Source: Takakia lepidozioides
Lineage: Eukaryota > Plantae > Bryophyta
NCBI GenBank assembly: GCA_030704615.1
Contig: CM060732.1
Coordinates: 49,414,001-49,478,000, forward strand
Direction of reading: 5' to 3'
Length of the DNA stretch: 64,000 nt
The position numbers and the translations under genes are program-made. Positions 37,751 through 51,187 of the stretch are shown here, in pieces. Position 1 is the stretch's first letter, and every line of letters begins with the position of its first letter. The notes below the pieces were generated by a model, which was given only the letters and a program-made list of their open reading frames with translations, was not told where the DNA came from and did no database searches.

Positions 37751-38699
37751 GTCGCAAGCAAAGGTTGTTGCAGTAAGGCGATTCGATCCTCGGGGAGGAT
37801 CGTTCCTTGGTCTTGAAGTGGGCCAAGAAAAGTGCCCTGGGTGGAGCTTGAGAAGCTCCACCCTTGGCCGGGACTTGGAGGAGCCGAACTAGCTAGTGGA
37901 GAGTAGAGTCAAGTGTGGGGTTTGGTTCTTGCCATGGGACACCATGGTGCAGAAACAAACTCCTTGATGTGGGACGCCACAACTTGGATGCTCGTTTCTA
38001 CAAAATGGACAAGTCGATGAGGACATTGACTCCCTGTTGGTAGGGGTGTGTGTCGCGGCCCTTTGCCTTGAGGGCAGGGGGTCGGGACACGAGAGGGGCT
38101 GCCCTTGTGGTGGGGGCGGTGGCAACAATAGATGCGGGGGCTGAAGCATCCTTGAGTGCCCAAGGCACTCAAGGAGGCGGAGGCGCTCACTAAGTGGAGC
38201 CCCGCACACCGGGTTGCGGTGGGGGTGCTTCCACGAGGGGTGGTGGTAGCTTAGTGGGACTTAGTGGGGGTGGCATAGGACTCACCATGGGGCGGAGACC
38301 TTGTGGTGGGAGTCGTGGGGAGTCTTGGGACTCATCATGGTCCAATGGGGCCGTGGTGGGTGGGCCAAGATTCATCACGACTCACCACCGGGAATCGAGG
38401 GTTTTCGTGGTGGTTCGCCATAAAAGGATGGTGTTGTTTGTGGAACCCCCGCGGACAGTCACAAAAGTATATATAGGGAGTAGTAACCCCGAGAACGGTG
38501 CAAGCCCGTTGGTGACCAAAAACTAGTGAGTAAGCGAGCGAGCCGGAAAGCGACCAAAGAGTGGGGAGCTATTCCGGACTGCCATCTACCAAGGGAATTT
38601 TCACTAGGCCCAAATTGGTGGAGGGTCTGTTGGGGGAAGAAAGGGGGACCGTTATAACCCGGTGAGCAGCCGAAGCTCCGAGTTGGCCCGGCGGCCAAG

Positions 38700-40015
38700 T
38701 TGGGAGTTAGGCGCGCGCATCAAAGCGAGTAACTGTGACTTGAAGGGGAGCTTCCGAAGTGAGGTGCGCGACATCATACTCAATTTCCTGATTGATTTTG
38801 ACTGGTGGAGGTGGTACGGAAACTCGATATATTCGATGGATGATACAACTCCAATAATGAAACATTATAGACTGGATGGATGCGCATACTTCGTGGGAGT
38901 TCAAGCTGAAAACTCACCGGATTTATTTGTCGAATAATTTTGAATGGTCCCAGGCGTTGATAATCCAACTTCCTTGATGGTCGCGAGGTTTGTATGTCCC
39001 GTCGAAGAAGCCACACACGATCTCCGACCTTGAACTGGGGTTTGAGTTGGTGACGTTGATCTGCATACTCCTTGTATTGTTTTTGAGCTTCTGCAAGGTG
39101 GGATGTAAGCTCCTTGTGAATCGTAGCAAGATGAGTAGCAAGGTTATCTACAGCAGGGCTTCCAACAGTCTAGGGTTTGCTCGAGGATAATGACCATAAT
39201 TGGAGAAAAATGGAGTTTGTTTGGTCGAAGAATGTATAGTGTTGTTGTAGGCAAACTCAGCCAATGACAGAAGGTCCGTCCAATTATCTTGGTGATAATT
39301 TATCGTACAGCGAAGATACTGCTTCCAAATCTGGTTTACGCGTTCGGTTTGACCATCAGTCTGTGGATGATTAGCTGTAGAGAGGTTGATCTTAGTATCC
39401 AATATGTGAAATAATCCCCTCCAGAAATTTGATATGAACTATGGTCCTCGATCAAATACGATGTCCTTCGGGAGTCCATGAATGCGGTAGATATTATTGA
39501 GGAAGAGTCTTGCAGTTTCCTCGCCGGTAACCGTCTTATTACATGGAATGAAATGTGTCATCTTCGTAAAACGATCTACAATAACAAGGATTGAATCGGT
39601 GGTCTTGGAAATTGGAAGGTCCGTAATATAGTCCATAGACACGGACGACCATGGACCCTTGGGAATGGGTAATGGTTGAAGAAGGCCGTAAGGTCGATGT
39701 CGTGGTCCATTCGCTCTAGCACATGTGTCGCAAGATTTTATAAATTCTTTCACGAGTTTTCACATCAACGGCCACCAATAGTCCCTGGATATCAATTCCA
39801 TTGTTTTGTTGAAGCCGAAATGTCCTGCAGTCAGAAGATCATGACATGTTTGAAGAAATCGAAGACGTATAGGTCCTGGAGGTACATAGAGAAGTCCCTT
39901 GAAATAAAGTAAGTCATCTTTGAATTCAAAGTCGTTTGTAACATGTGGGTTGTCTCGAGGTCAATTTAGTTGACTTCGTAGTGTCGTAACAAATTGGTCA
40001 CTCTTCAGGGCCAAA
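38700..40015 (-). pseudogene. Chromovirus-type Gypsy integrase remnant with GPY/F motif and the start of a chromodomain
   Basis: HD..TAGHFG..CDTC, SMDYITDLP, FDRGP, HPQTDGQTERVNQ, KLDYQRLGPF, IHPVYNVSLLE, EYDV; several stops and frameshifts. Confidence 0.9.
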
Positions 40016-41394
40016 GCATGGTACGGGCCATCCAAAAGCGGCAACTTGCAATCCATAAAAAATGGACATGTGAAGTAGAAAAACGCAGCACGCGGGAACG
40101 ACGGAGCAAAAAATTGAATTAATTGTAGCCGTTGATTATTTTTGTACATCAAGTTACAACCATCGATTGGAGGTCACCTTCGTCGGGCATGTGGGGTGGC
40201 TGGTCGCGTTGGGCTAGACTGAAGTGCGGGGATGACGAGCTGCCAGATATGACGCGTGACGCGCAACTAGAAGCTAGCTAAGAGGTACGAGTTGATTGGG
40301 ATTGGGAATATGAAGAGATTGGGAAGAGAATGGGACTGTGAAGAGATTGGGAATGTTTGATCACAAAAGTCTGCTTACCATTTTGTGAATTTAGGGTTTA
40401 GCTTGTGATTGTTTCATCAACTCTAAGTTTCTTCTCATTTCTGTGTTTCTGTGGGCGCGCTTGGATGGTGGCAACAGAGGAAGCGGGCGATGCGAGCACA
40501 GCTTATAAAGTGCAACATTGTGTGTTGCTGCCATAGCAGCGGAGGCACGTGGGTAGAGGAGTAGAGGAGGAGCTTGGGCGGGGGTGCTCGGGTGTGCCAT
40601 CGCTGGAAAAGCAGTTGATTGTTGCCTGACTCTACCGTTGGTAAGTTTCGTTCAAGTAGGCTGTTTGTGGCCCCTTTTTTTCTTGTTTCTTTTATCCTCG
40701 TGTCCACAAGCTCTTTGAGCTTCCCGCAGACGTTACAAACCATTTCATAACATTTCATATCTTTCCTTTTTCTCTTCTTCTCTCTTCTACTATAGAACCT
40801 TCAGGTGCATCTTTCTTTTCTTTGGGCTTCCCTCATATTTAGAAAGTTTCTTACTTTTTCTTTCCTTCTCTTCTCATTTTATCTGTTCATGGACACATGA
40901 AGATTCCCTCCTCTCTCAGGGCCTTGAATGGCCCTTGTTATTAAGTTAAATTTTCTTTCATTCCTCTTCCTGGATTTATAAAGCTCCTTTTCTCTATATC
41001 TTTTTCACTATACACCCCTTAAGAACTGACACTTTGACTCAATTTTGTTCTGCCCAAACTGGGTGTGGGTATATGGCCGCAAGGCTACAGCAAACAACAT
41101 CTTATGAGTACATTCTTTGACTCAATTATCACTCGCACTGCCCCCTATGGCTGGAAGATTTTGGGTCTTGCTTGCTGTGGAGGAACAAATAGGTTTCAAC
41201 AGGGAATGATTGGACCATAGCCAGGAAAACATATGAATCGTTTCTTGGTTTGTATTTTTGCAGTTTACATATTACAAACCCTTTGTTACAATCCATCCCC
41301 AAGGCTAGTATACAAGACATAGTAGACGAACATACATGTGTTGAGCACTGGCTCTGTCCATATCACAGAAGCAACAGGATGAGAGTGCTCCTAT

Positions 41395-41586
41395 CATGTT
41401 CTCAATCCAGATGGCATCCACAGGCCCATCAAACATTAGCCACTTCTTGGAAGTTGATGTGTCCTCGACAAGCTCTCTCATGTAGCATGCCAACACCCCA
41501 TCAGTCCACTCATGTGTGTTTTCATCGAAGTCACCATACAGCTGTCCCATAGAAATTGACTTGGGATTCAAGCATGCTATTCGGAC
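41395..41586 (-). pseudogene. Isolated axonemal dynein heavy chain fragment (AAA2 region)
   Basis: [46 protein letters not shown], with an acceptor before 41586. Homology stops before the expected NTVLDDNK. Confidence 0.85.
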
Positions 41587-42410
41587 CTGGCCAAAATGCA
41601 GTTCATATCATGTCATTTGCAATTACGAGCTCCTTGTTACAGCAGATTCTTGATGCCTCTCCATTACCTTGTTGTTGTTTGGTCAGGTTATCGATCAACT
41701 AGCAGTGATAAATCTCAAGAAGAGGTTGGAGAAGAAGGGTGTAGCATCCACAGAATTGACTAAGATGTGCAAATTTCTTGTTCCCCCTTCTATGATTCTG
41801 ACGCCCCTCACCTCAAAGAGCTAGGACAACATACATCCAATGATCTGCAGTACAGGATAATGAATCCCTTACGAGGATCAGAAATGCTTGGAATGAACCA
41901 TTGATTCTTAGACACTCCCTTGAGCTATAGTAAGTGATATGTGCTTAACAAGTAAGCGGGGTGGATGTCACACTTTTCAGTAGGTTTATCCGCATGTACA
42001 CAACCATGAACTACCTTCAAAATTGTCTTGCGACAGTGGAGGGTATGCGCCACTTTGGAGTATTAAGTGATAGATTAATTGTTGTCATTGGTTCACAAGA
42101 GTGCTGACAACATACTTCCCGAAGTGTGTTCTATACAATTTGTGCAATTGGTTAGTAAACTCTGTTGTACTGCCTCTATTACCTTGGTTCATGGCCATTT
42201 TGTCAATGTGTACCTCTCCTTCTCACATGGTTTCTGCATGGGGTTTACCAGTACCTCACAGATTTGTTGATGCTCGTTTAGGCAGCCAGCCAGCCTGCTC
42301 GTCTTTAAATCCAATCTTCAATGATCTTGAGTGAAAGGTGTTGTTGGTACAACTAGTTGTGTGAATATTTGGCAGATGGTGATAGTGGTTGTGTTCTCCA
42401 ACTATGGCAG

Positions 42411-42857
42411 GTGATGCATGCATTTGAAGCAGAGGATCAAGGAGAGCTAAGTTTAGCTGTTGGGGACTACGTGGTTGTTCGTCAGGTCTGGGGCTTCAAC
42501 TCTCTCCTGGTTCAAACTGCTTGTACTCTTGTTCATTGAAAATTCCTCTATCACCTGGTTGGGATGAGGACAAGGGGCTGCCCTTTGTCTGACAACCTGG
42601 GGGAATTTTGAGAGGTTCAATTCTATCCGACAGAATCCCCCCTGAACGACTGAAATAGGGTGCAAACACAAAATCTATCCTTATCACCGCTGCTAAATGT
42701 CTTGACCAACCCTACTGTGTTTTGGGAATAGGTCTCTCCATCTGGCTGGTCAGAGGGAGAATGCAAGGGGAAGGCTGGCTGGTTTCCATCATCATATGTG
42801 GAACAAAGGCAACGTATTCCTGCTAGCAAGGTGGCTGCAACTAGCTCTGCTGTTTAA
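42411..42857 (+). CDS. Last two exons (42411-42485, 42732-42857) of a plant SH3P1/2/3-like protein (SH3 domain); upstream exons not found
   Basis: VMHAFEAEDQGELSLAVGDYVVVRQ|VSPSGWSEGECKGKAGWFPSSYVEQRQRIPASKV..*; canonical GT-AG, phase 0. Confidence 0.85.
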
Positions 42858-43822
42858 CTTCTGATTACTGGTTAATTGTTAATTATCTATTTACAACTGG
42901 AGGAGAACTCCAAGCAAGATATGTGCTGGAAGGGAGCACGCAGTGGTGGCGTTTAATGATCGTGGGGAGGGAGGAGGGGATCTGGCCTAATCTAGCCTAC
43001 CATGCAGACTTGTGAACTGTTGTCGCTGGTTGGTTTCAAGTGAGAGTGCATGCCCTTTTCTGTCAAGCTACATTTGTATATGGCTTGTACCAAGTGTGGT
43101 CGTTGTTGTAAAAGGGACGATATTAGCGAGGCAGGGGAAGAGTAGCTGATGTAGCATATGTAGCTGATGTAAAGTTTGTCACACTGGTACTGGGTACCAA
43201 GTCCAGTCTATTCAAACAGGTAAACAGACCCCTGAAATTGTCATGACTTGAAACTACTCTCCAACGAGCTACCCTTTTTGTGTTATAGTGAGGGGGGCAA
43301 GTGGATCCCATTTTTGGATTGCTGGACAGTAAACAGTTTTGTAGTTTGCGGAAGAAGGGCCCAACAGTGTGATTGTTGATTGCCAAGGAATTTTTGAGTG
43401 TCTGTGTTGAAAATGTTTGGTTTCTCTTACTGCCATGTTAGTGCCTTGAAGAATTTACATTTTACTGTCCTCTGATTCCATCAGCTTGCCTGCATATGTT
43501 GTCGCATTTGTGGGGCTACTATTCAACTTAAGTATGTCATGTGTTTGTGCAGCTGATTTGCGGGGATGGCAGGTGGCCTGCGGCTCTCCCTCACGCTACC
43601 TCCCACCACATCTTGGAAAAGCATTACAGGTGTGGCACCCCGTTAGCTTTTGTGCAATTTGGTGTTCCCTACTCATATTTTCACTGATATTGCGTACCTC
43701 ATGGCCTAGGTGGGGTAGAGGGGTAGAGTAGTCTCTTGTTGTTGTTAGCATGTGACAGCCCAGCTCATCCTTGCGTACCTAATTACCTAAACTGAACCAT
43801 GACGCTAGATTGAAGAGGACCA

Positions 43823-46800
43823 ATGCAAGAAGAGGAGCCTTCAAGAGAGAGACACCTGGTTACATCACAAGAGGAGCAAGATAAAATAGAACACCAAAAA
43901 ACTTGTCATTTCTGTCAATCATTGGTTGGGATCGAAGAGGAATATGGCAATGCATATCATCAATATTTGAATGTTGATTCTCTGAAACCGAACCATGTGG
44001 AGGAATATAGAATTTGGAAACGTGTGGAAAGCAGGTTTGTCATCTATGTGGATCACTTGCACTTCTTGAAGGCTGCACTTGCGTTAATCAGAGACGATCC
44101 AGACTTGGCCTCTGATTGAAAGGTAATTTCATGTCTGAATTTGGTAGTATGGTTGTCATGAAGCTGGAAATGTCAGTAGGGTGTTGGTTTTGTTGGTTTG
44201 TTGGTTCTCATGAAGCTGGAAATGTCGGTAGGGTGTTGGTTTGTAGCTCCATCCTTGCCCCCTCATGTTGTTGTCTCCGTACATAACCAACCTGGAGTTG
44301 TAAAAAACTGGTCTAATGGGAGTGCGGGGCTGGGAGTATGTAGGGCACTCAAGAAGCGGTTCAAAACAATGGTGCAGTTGGGGAGTAAGTTAGAGAATTC
44401 ACCTACGAAAGCGAAGAGTTCCAAATCGGCATCCGAAGATACTATGGGCGAAAGAGGGGGGCAGAAATCAGCAGATTACTTCAGGGATGTCCTCAAGCTG
44501 AATGCGACAGGCAAGAATCCCAAACAACTTGTCTTAGACAAAGACATCACCAAAGAACAATGTACAAAGTTGTTTGGACAACCAGCAAACAAGAATGGCT
44601 ACTTTTATATGGGTTGTACTGACAAAAGTCTGATTCCCAAAATCGAGGACCTGTGGAGTAAGGTTCATGGGTATGACTGTAAACCAACCGGTGGTATCAT
44701 TGCAAACTTGATGGCAAGGGGCATTGTCTATGAAAAAAGGACTAGACAAAAACTCAACTGGGCAGCATACGCGGCATGGACAGCTAAGCAACAAGAAAGA
44801 ATGAAGGAGCATCGAGAAGCAAAGGACCCCGGCAGCACAAACAATAAGCCAAAGCTAGGAGTTTGTGAATTGAAAGAGAGGCTACGCAAAACGCAAAGAA
44901 GGACTGAAACAAATGCCTGAGCAAGTGATTACAGAGATGGAAAGGAAAATACATGAGCAGGAGTATGTGGCAACTGCCCTAGCGAGTCTTTAGGAACTAC
45001 ATGATTTGAAGTATGAGGAGATGTGTGGGGCAAAGGAAGAGTTGGAGAGGTTAAAGAAAGGGAAGTTGGACTTGATGGAGAAGACGCGGACTGTTCGGGT
45101 GCAAATGGAAGACAGACAATGGTGTCTTGCAGAGTGTCAGAACAAGATTGCAGACCTAGAGGCCAAACTCTCCCACGAGGGTGCCACAATCCGAGCCGGG
45201 GAAGAGACCTTAATGCAAAAAGGGGAAGAGAGTGTTGGGTTACTGAACTGTGGAAAGGGAAGACAGTCTGAGATGCAAAGGGAACTTGACCAGAAGAAAT
45301 CAATTGAAGCAGAATTTTGGCTCAATGCTCATAAGACCAAAAAAGAGTTCAATGCTCTGTGTGATGCAGGGGACCAGCAAGACAGGGACATTAGAGTGGT
45401 AGAGAATGTGGTTGATGTTGCTGACACAGAGAGGAGTCTTATCCAAGATCAGATTGAGGCCTTGACAAATGGGGACAAAGGACTCGCCATCTATCCTATG
45501 CCTATATGTCATCCTCAAGTGATCAAAGATAGTACGTCCATCAAGGATTTCCTGAAGGTCTCTCCTTGCCCTGTTTGCCACAAAGGTTTCCACTGTTGGG
45601 ACATGGTGGTGGCATCTTGTAAGCACACTTACCATCCCGCTTGTATGGCATCCCATATGAAGACGTCAAACAGGTGTAGGGACTTCAGCTGTTCAGAGAT
45701 CATGCATCCTGATTGGTGTTCTAGTTTTGGGTTTAGGATTCTTGACCCAGAGGTGTAGGCACTTGCGGAAAAGCTGAAAGTGGTTGAGCTGCGCCAAAGG
45801 TGGATGACAAAGCAACTTCACGAAGCCAGGGTTAGAAACACCCAAGTTCCAGGTAAGATTGATTGCAACATTTCCATGATTTCTTCTTCAGAAAACTTGT
45901 GTGGTCCAAGGCTGGGGACTTCATGTCCAATCCTCAGGACTGTAGTCCCAAGATTGGACCTTCAACCCCTTCAACTGACTATGAGTCTGAATGTGGGACT
46001 GCAAATGTTATTATTTGTCCTTTTCAGTGGAGTGAATCCTTACTGGGGAGTCTTTATTGAGGAATGTTATTCTTAACTAGAATTCTGAATCTTCAGTCAT
46101 GTGGAGTGTGAGTCCAAGTGCTAACTCATGTGGAGTATGAGTCGATGTGTTTAGTCATGGGGAGTATGAGTCCACTTGTTGACTAATTACTGGGAGTACG
46201 AGTCCTTAATGATTTCCCTTGATTTCCAGTTTGGAATGAGAGTCATGTGGAGTGTGAGTCCAACTGCAAAATAATGGATGTGGAATGCGAGTCCTTATTG
46301 AGGAGTTTGCGACTCAACTTGGAATCTGAGTTCTGGCCCAGATGGAGTGTGAGTCCTAATTAGGGAGTGTGAATCTTGCTTGTAGTCCCACCATCAGCTG
46401 CATAGAACTTGGAAGTCTAATATGGGGGATGATGGACTGTGCACTCTACACATAATTATGTGGTCCAACTGTTGGGACTTCGTGCCATGGTAAGGACTAC
46501 AATGACTTGTCTAGACTCAAATTAGAGTTAATGTTGTATTGGTAGACACTAGGCACCAAGTGATAGTTCAGCCTTCTCAAACCAGTTGTAATGGTGTAGG
46601 TGTGATAGCAGATGATGGCTTCATTGATGCCAACAAACGAAGACCAGGACCTCCATCTTAGGCCACCACCAACTATAGCGCATTCATCACCAACTACAGT
46701 GGAGGCCAAAGTGGACAAGGTGGTAGTGCTGTGAACCAAAACTTCCCTCGAACTCCGAGCTCTTCAACTCTTCGAATGTCACCTTTGGGGCTGTCGCGGC

Positions 46801-47870
46801 CGGGGATCGTTGCACCAGTTGTTGGAGATCAGTTGAACCCTGAGGTTGATGTCACACCTGATACCATCATGCAAGAGGTCTCAGCTTTAGGAAAGGGTTC
46901 TGTCAAGAAGTTCCTCATTCCTGGTTCTCCACCAAAGAAGATTCCTGGATGTCCACTGCAGGCTTCATTTGTTCCGGAGTTTGTTACGACACATACGCTA
47001 CAAAGTACACATGAAGATGTTGTGGACTTGACAATCCCATCCACCGTTGTTCCTCCTTATGTGGATGTGAAGGTTGAAAGAGATGGTGCCCAAAATACTG
47101 GACATGTGGCAACCCTCTCATCAGACTCAGAATTGGGGTCAGAGGGATTTGAAACTGATGCTGGGGCTGGCTCTGAGTCTGATTTTGATACAATTGTGTT
47201 GCACAGTACCATAGGTGGAGGCCCCTCACAAGTTTCAGATCCTATATTTCATGTCACTCCACCAGTTGCTACCTCCCTTGTTCCTCCACCACTATCCATT
47301 CCCACAGTTCCTGCTCAATTTGATGGTGGTTCTCCATTACCTATGGTAGTATATGTACCTCATGCCTTAGTGACAACCCCTCCTGTTCTTGGACCAGTGC
47401 TGAACCCCCCAGCTGCAGCCCTTGTCAGTCCACATGTTCAGGCAACGGGGAAGCGTAAACGAGAACGAAAGAGATCTCGCAAGGCATTGAGTGTAGAGTA
47501 TGCAAAGAAGCCCACCACCTTTACGGATTCTAAGGTATCAATTGACAAGGATATGGACAAGTGCCCAGGTGAAAGTACCCCCTCATCAAAGAGAGTTGTC
47601 GTGTAGAAGCCCTTGGATACGAATGAGGACAACGATCTGAGCCACCATGATAAGAGTAACTCAATCCCACGGGACGGTGTTGTGAAGGCCACTCGAGGCC
47701 CGGTTGTCCTCCTGTTGTGAAGTCACTGAACACCGTGAAGACTCCTCCCAACTTGATCACTCGGGGGCCTGTTGTGAAGTCCCTTAATACTGTCAAGACC
47801 CCACCTAACTTGAAGATGGATGCAGGTTCTTCTGGTGCAAGCCCTAAGAAGAAGAAAAGAAAACATATCA
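43823..47870 (+). pseudogene. Broken gene, probably TE-borne: unknown domain, coiled coil, RING-H2-like finger, Pro/Val-rich tail
   Basis: ORFs 44198-44920, 45006-45758 (CPVC-x12-CKHTYHPAC-x10-C-x4-C) and 46731-47606, separated by stops. Confidence 0.5.
46095..46375. repeat. Degenerate repeats of GGAGT(G/A)TGAGTC
   Basis: About 8 dispersed copies read directly. Confidence 0.65.
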
Positions 47871-49659
47871 ACTAGGTACAAGCTGAGTAATGTACACTTA
47901 TGCTTTTATCACTTTGCTTTTGTAACTCTTGGTTGTTATTTTGCCAATTCATGCTCAAGTTTCTGATGTAATTTAACTCCTCTATGCATGATATATAAGA
48001 CATACGTCTGGTATACGTCTAGTGCTGAATAATGAGACAGAAGTTTAGAAAGATCTTGAGCATTGTGGGTGGCAATGCAGGGCATGTGATTAGCAGACCG
48101 CCCCTATGAGGACGTTACCACTCGCTGCTATCACTGTGGGGACAGGTCTCGTCTCTTCATCAGTACCAGTTCATTTATGCCATGGCCACTTTGGGATGCA
48201 TCCAAGCAAAGGCTAGTCTTTCATCGATGGGGTAGAGGTTGGTGCCACGATATGTCAATGTTGAGCAGTTTAGAACTGGCAGAGGATGTGTTAGTTGTTA
48301 CCATTAGGTGCCCAGCCAAGTGATGTGAGTCGGATTTGTCCTTGTGGTTTTTCGAGTAGCTCACAATGGACACATGACATGGATTGAGGGCATGCACGTT
48401 ACTGTTCTTTGTTCATTTTCTGCTGATAGGTATGCTGTACATGTTTGAGTAAGGCAGCAATATCCATGACAGTGGTTTTTGAAAACAATGCACTTTCTTT
48501 TGCTATTTGTTTCTGATAGGAATTGCTAGAATACCTTCCTGCAGGCAGTCTACTGTCATTCATTCTATGTGAGAAAGATGGCTTTGAGCCTTTTTGAACT
48601 TCAAGGCATGTCGGTTATCTCAGCAGTAAAAAGAGGTTCCAGCACAATTGAGAAGTCAGAGACTTTTGGATCTTTGCAGACCTGGTCACCTGCCAAGCTT
48701 GTTGCTGCAATCTTGCCAAGTGCTCTATTTTCCACCAAACTGGAGTATATCCCTGGAAATAGTTCACTTCCATCACTCTTCTTGAGACTACTATGGTCCA
48801 TTCTAAAGCAGAGGCTATTGTGACCATGATGTGACATAGGCCCGGGTTGTGCTTCCTGGTCCATCTCAGGTTCATGACTAGTTTGTTGGCCTAAAGGCCA
48901 CTTTGCCTCTTTCACAGCGTCTGGAGCATCAGCATAGCAGGTCTGCTGCTATTCCACTTAATTGTTCTGCTGTGTTTGGAAGGCTGTTAGCAACTCAGAC
49001 TAGAATGGTGCCCGGCTTTGGTGTGTTGAGGATCATGTGCCTTATTTTTACAGCTATGATTTTCTCCACTTTCTTATCCAAAAGGAGGGTGTGGGACTTT
49101 GAAAGGACCAGGAAGTATGACAAGTTGTAGGGTTTATGATGAGGTTTTGCCATATCTTCATAGCCAGGCACCTTTGCCAACCAGTTTGTATGAGAAGGGG
49201 GAGGACAACAGATTGTGTGACCAGAGAAGAAGGCAGACATACTCCAAATAACAAGAAACCAATCACAAAAGGAAAACCAGACACATTAAATTGAAATTCC
49301 CCGCCTCGTGAAGTGATAAACCACAACACTAGTGCGGGAATTCTAGTCACCAGGCACATGAAATTGAATAGTTACAAATTTGGCCACAGCCACAGCCTCT
49401 TCAGCCATAGCCTGCAAGATAGATTATAGATTATGCGGCCAAATAACAAAGCTACATACATACAAATTCGGGAAACAATCTCTCAGCTCACAAGCAACTT
49501 GTAATTCACATTGCTACATATTTGAGTTACATAACCCAAAGGAGAGTTGAACCCTATCCTGATAAGGGAGGTTGCCCATCAACCATGGATTGGGCTACAA
49601 TATGCCACAAGTGTTAGTAATTCATAAGGCAAAAGTACTGATATGTCGGCCATTGTTTA

Positions 49660-50070
49660 GCGATCTTCCATTGCTGCCAGAGCTTCATTGATGCCTTCCA
49701 ATGCATCCGTAGACAAGGTGAAGACTGGATCCTTGCCTTTGACTACATATGTCGCTGGAGGCATAGCAAATTTCACAACCCTCACCAAATGCGAATACAC
49801 AAATGCCAAAGGCTAGTCAGATAGGAACTTGTAAGCCTTAACTCTTCTTCCACACAACTGGTAATATCTCCCTGCAACCACATGCTCGCCAAGGTCAAAA
49901 GTACTTCCCCACCCATCTGTGAATGTCTCCATAACAACGTGAACCGGCCTTTCACAACAGAGCAAGTAGAAGTCCACCCCTTCTAAGTTTCCAGCTTCAG
50001 CATTACAGGCAGAATTGTCCCCTGCATCCAAGCATAAGGCCAAGTCCTCCCCATCTCCCCCAAACTCCAA
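49660..50070 (-). pseudogene. C-terminal fragment of a putative transposon protein (host element of MULE-2)
   Basis: Protein-like frame (..GVDFYLLCCERP..VVAGRYYQ..*PLAFVYSHLVRVVKFAMPP..). Same strand as 63311-63979, with shared CTAGTCACAT repeats on both MULE-2 flanks. Confidence 0.4.
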
Positions 50071-51187
50071 TCTTTCTAGTCACATATCAAGGAATGCATA
50101 TCCTAATCAGTCCTAGTCTAGTCCTTTCTAGTCACATTTGAGGGAGTGCATGTCCAAATCAGTCCTAGTCCTAGTTGTTGTCATTTTCTAGTCACATTTC
50201 AAGGAGTGCATGTACTAATGGAGTACATGTACATCTACTTCTAGTCCCTCCAACTCAAATTACAATGACTGCATGCTATTCTGTCCTATCTGGGGGGTGC
50301 TATTCCGTGAGCCCAGAGGCGTGAGCCTGTGAGCCCAGGAAAGCGTGAGCCCAGCACAGGCTCACGCCACGTCAGCATGCAAACAGTGCCTATTTCCGCG
50401 GATGTCACCTATTTCCGAGTGGTGTCACCTATTTCTGCGGGTTGATGTGGGTAGAATTGAGAATGCCTGAACAGTTTTTGATGAGGTGGACTTCACCGTG
50501 ATGGATTCACCAACCATTCTTCTAGCAGGAATAGTTTGGGGACCAACTAGCAAATGATGCGAGAATGCTCTACACGAACCAAAGTGGTTTGTTTGTTTTC
50601 GCAATGTACTCCAGTCTGTGAGGTCCACAAAACATCAAATAGATTGAAGGAACAATCCAGGCAGTCCATGCAACCCCCATCTCCAACAATAGTTTGTAAC
50701 CATGAATGTGAATTCCAGGCACACATTGCAAACAGGACAACAAGGACACACAACCATCCCATTTCAAATTTGGCCCAGAATTAAACCAAAAGAAAACTTC
50801 ATATCAAGTGTCGCAGTCATCACAATCAGTGTCCACCTCCTGTGCTATGTCATGTACAAAGATTCGGCCCCCAACACCACGTGTTCTACGAAGGCCGTCG
50901 TAAGGTGGACTCGGAGTGCCATGAACGGACATGCTTGCTGCGAGTGCCTCCGCATAGACAGGTAGCACGCAAGACCGAGGAGGACTGCAAACAAGTCCAA
51001 ATAGGTGTGATAGCCCTGGAGGGCAAGTGGAAGCACGCGGACTCCTGCACATGTCCACAAAACCCCATTTTTAATACAATGATGCAATGCACAAGTCCAA
51101 CAAAGAGGATGTCTCCCATGTGCACTTTGCCTGAAGAACAGCGACTCTCGATATTGAAACAACAATGAAAGCATGCACAGGTTGAAC

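Noticed and set aside
37889-38698. Gag or extensin-like Pro-rich ORFs
   Set aside because: Short, low complexity, with no complete zinc knuckle; cannot be assigned.
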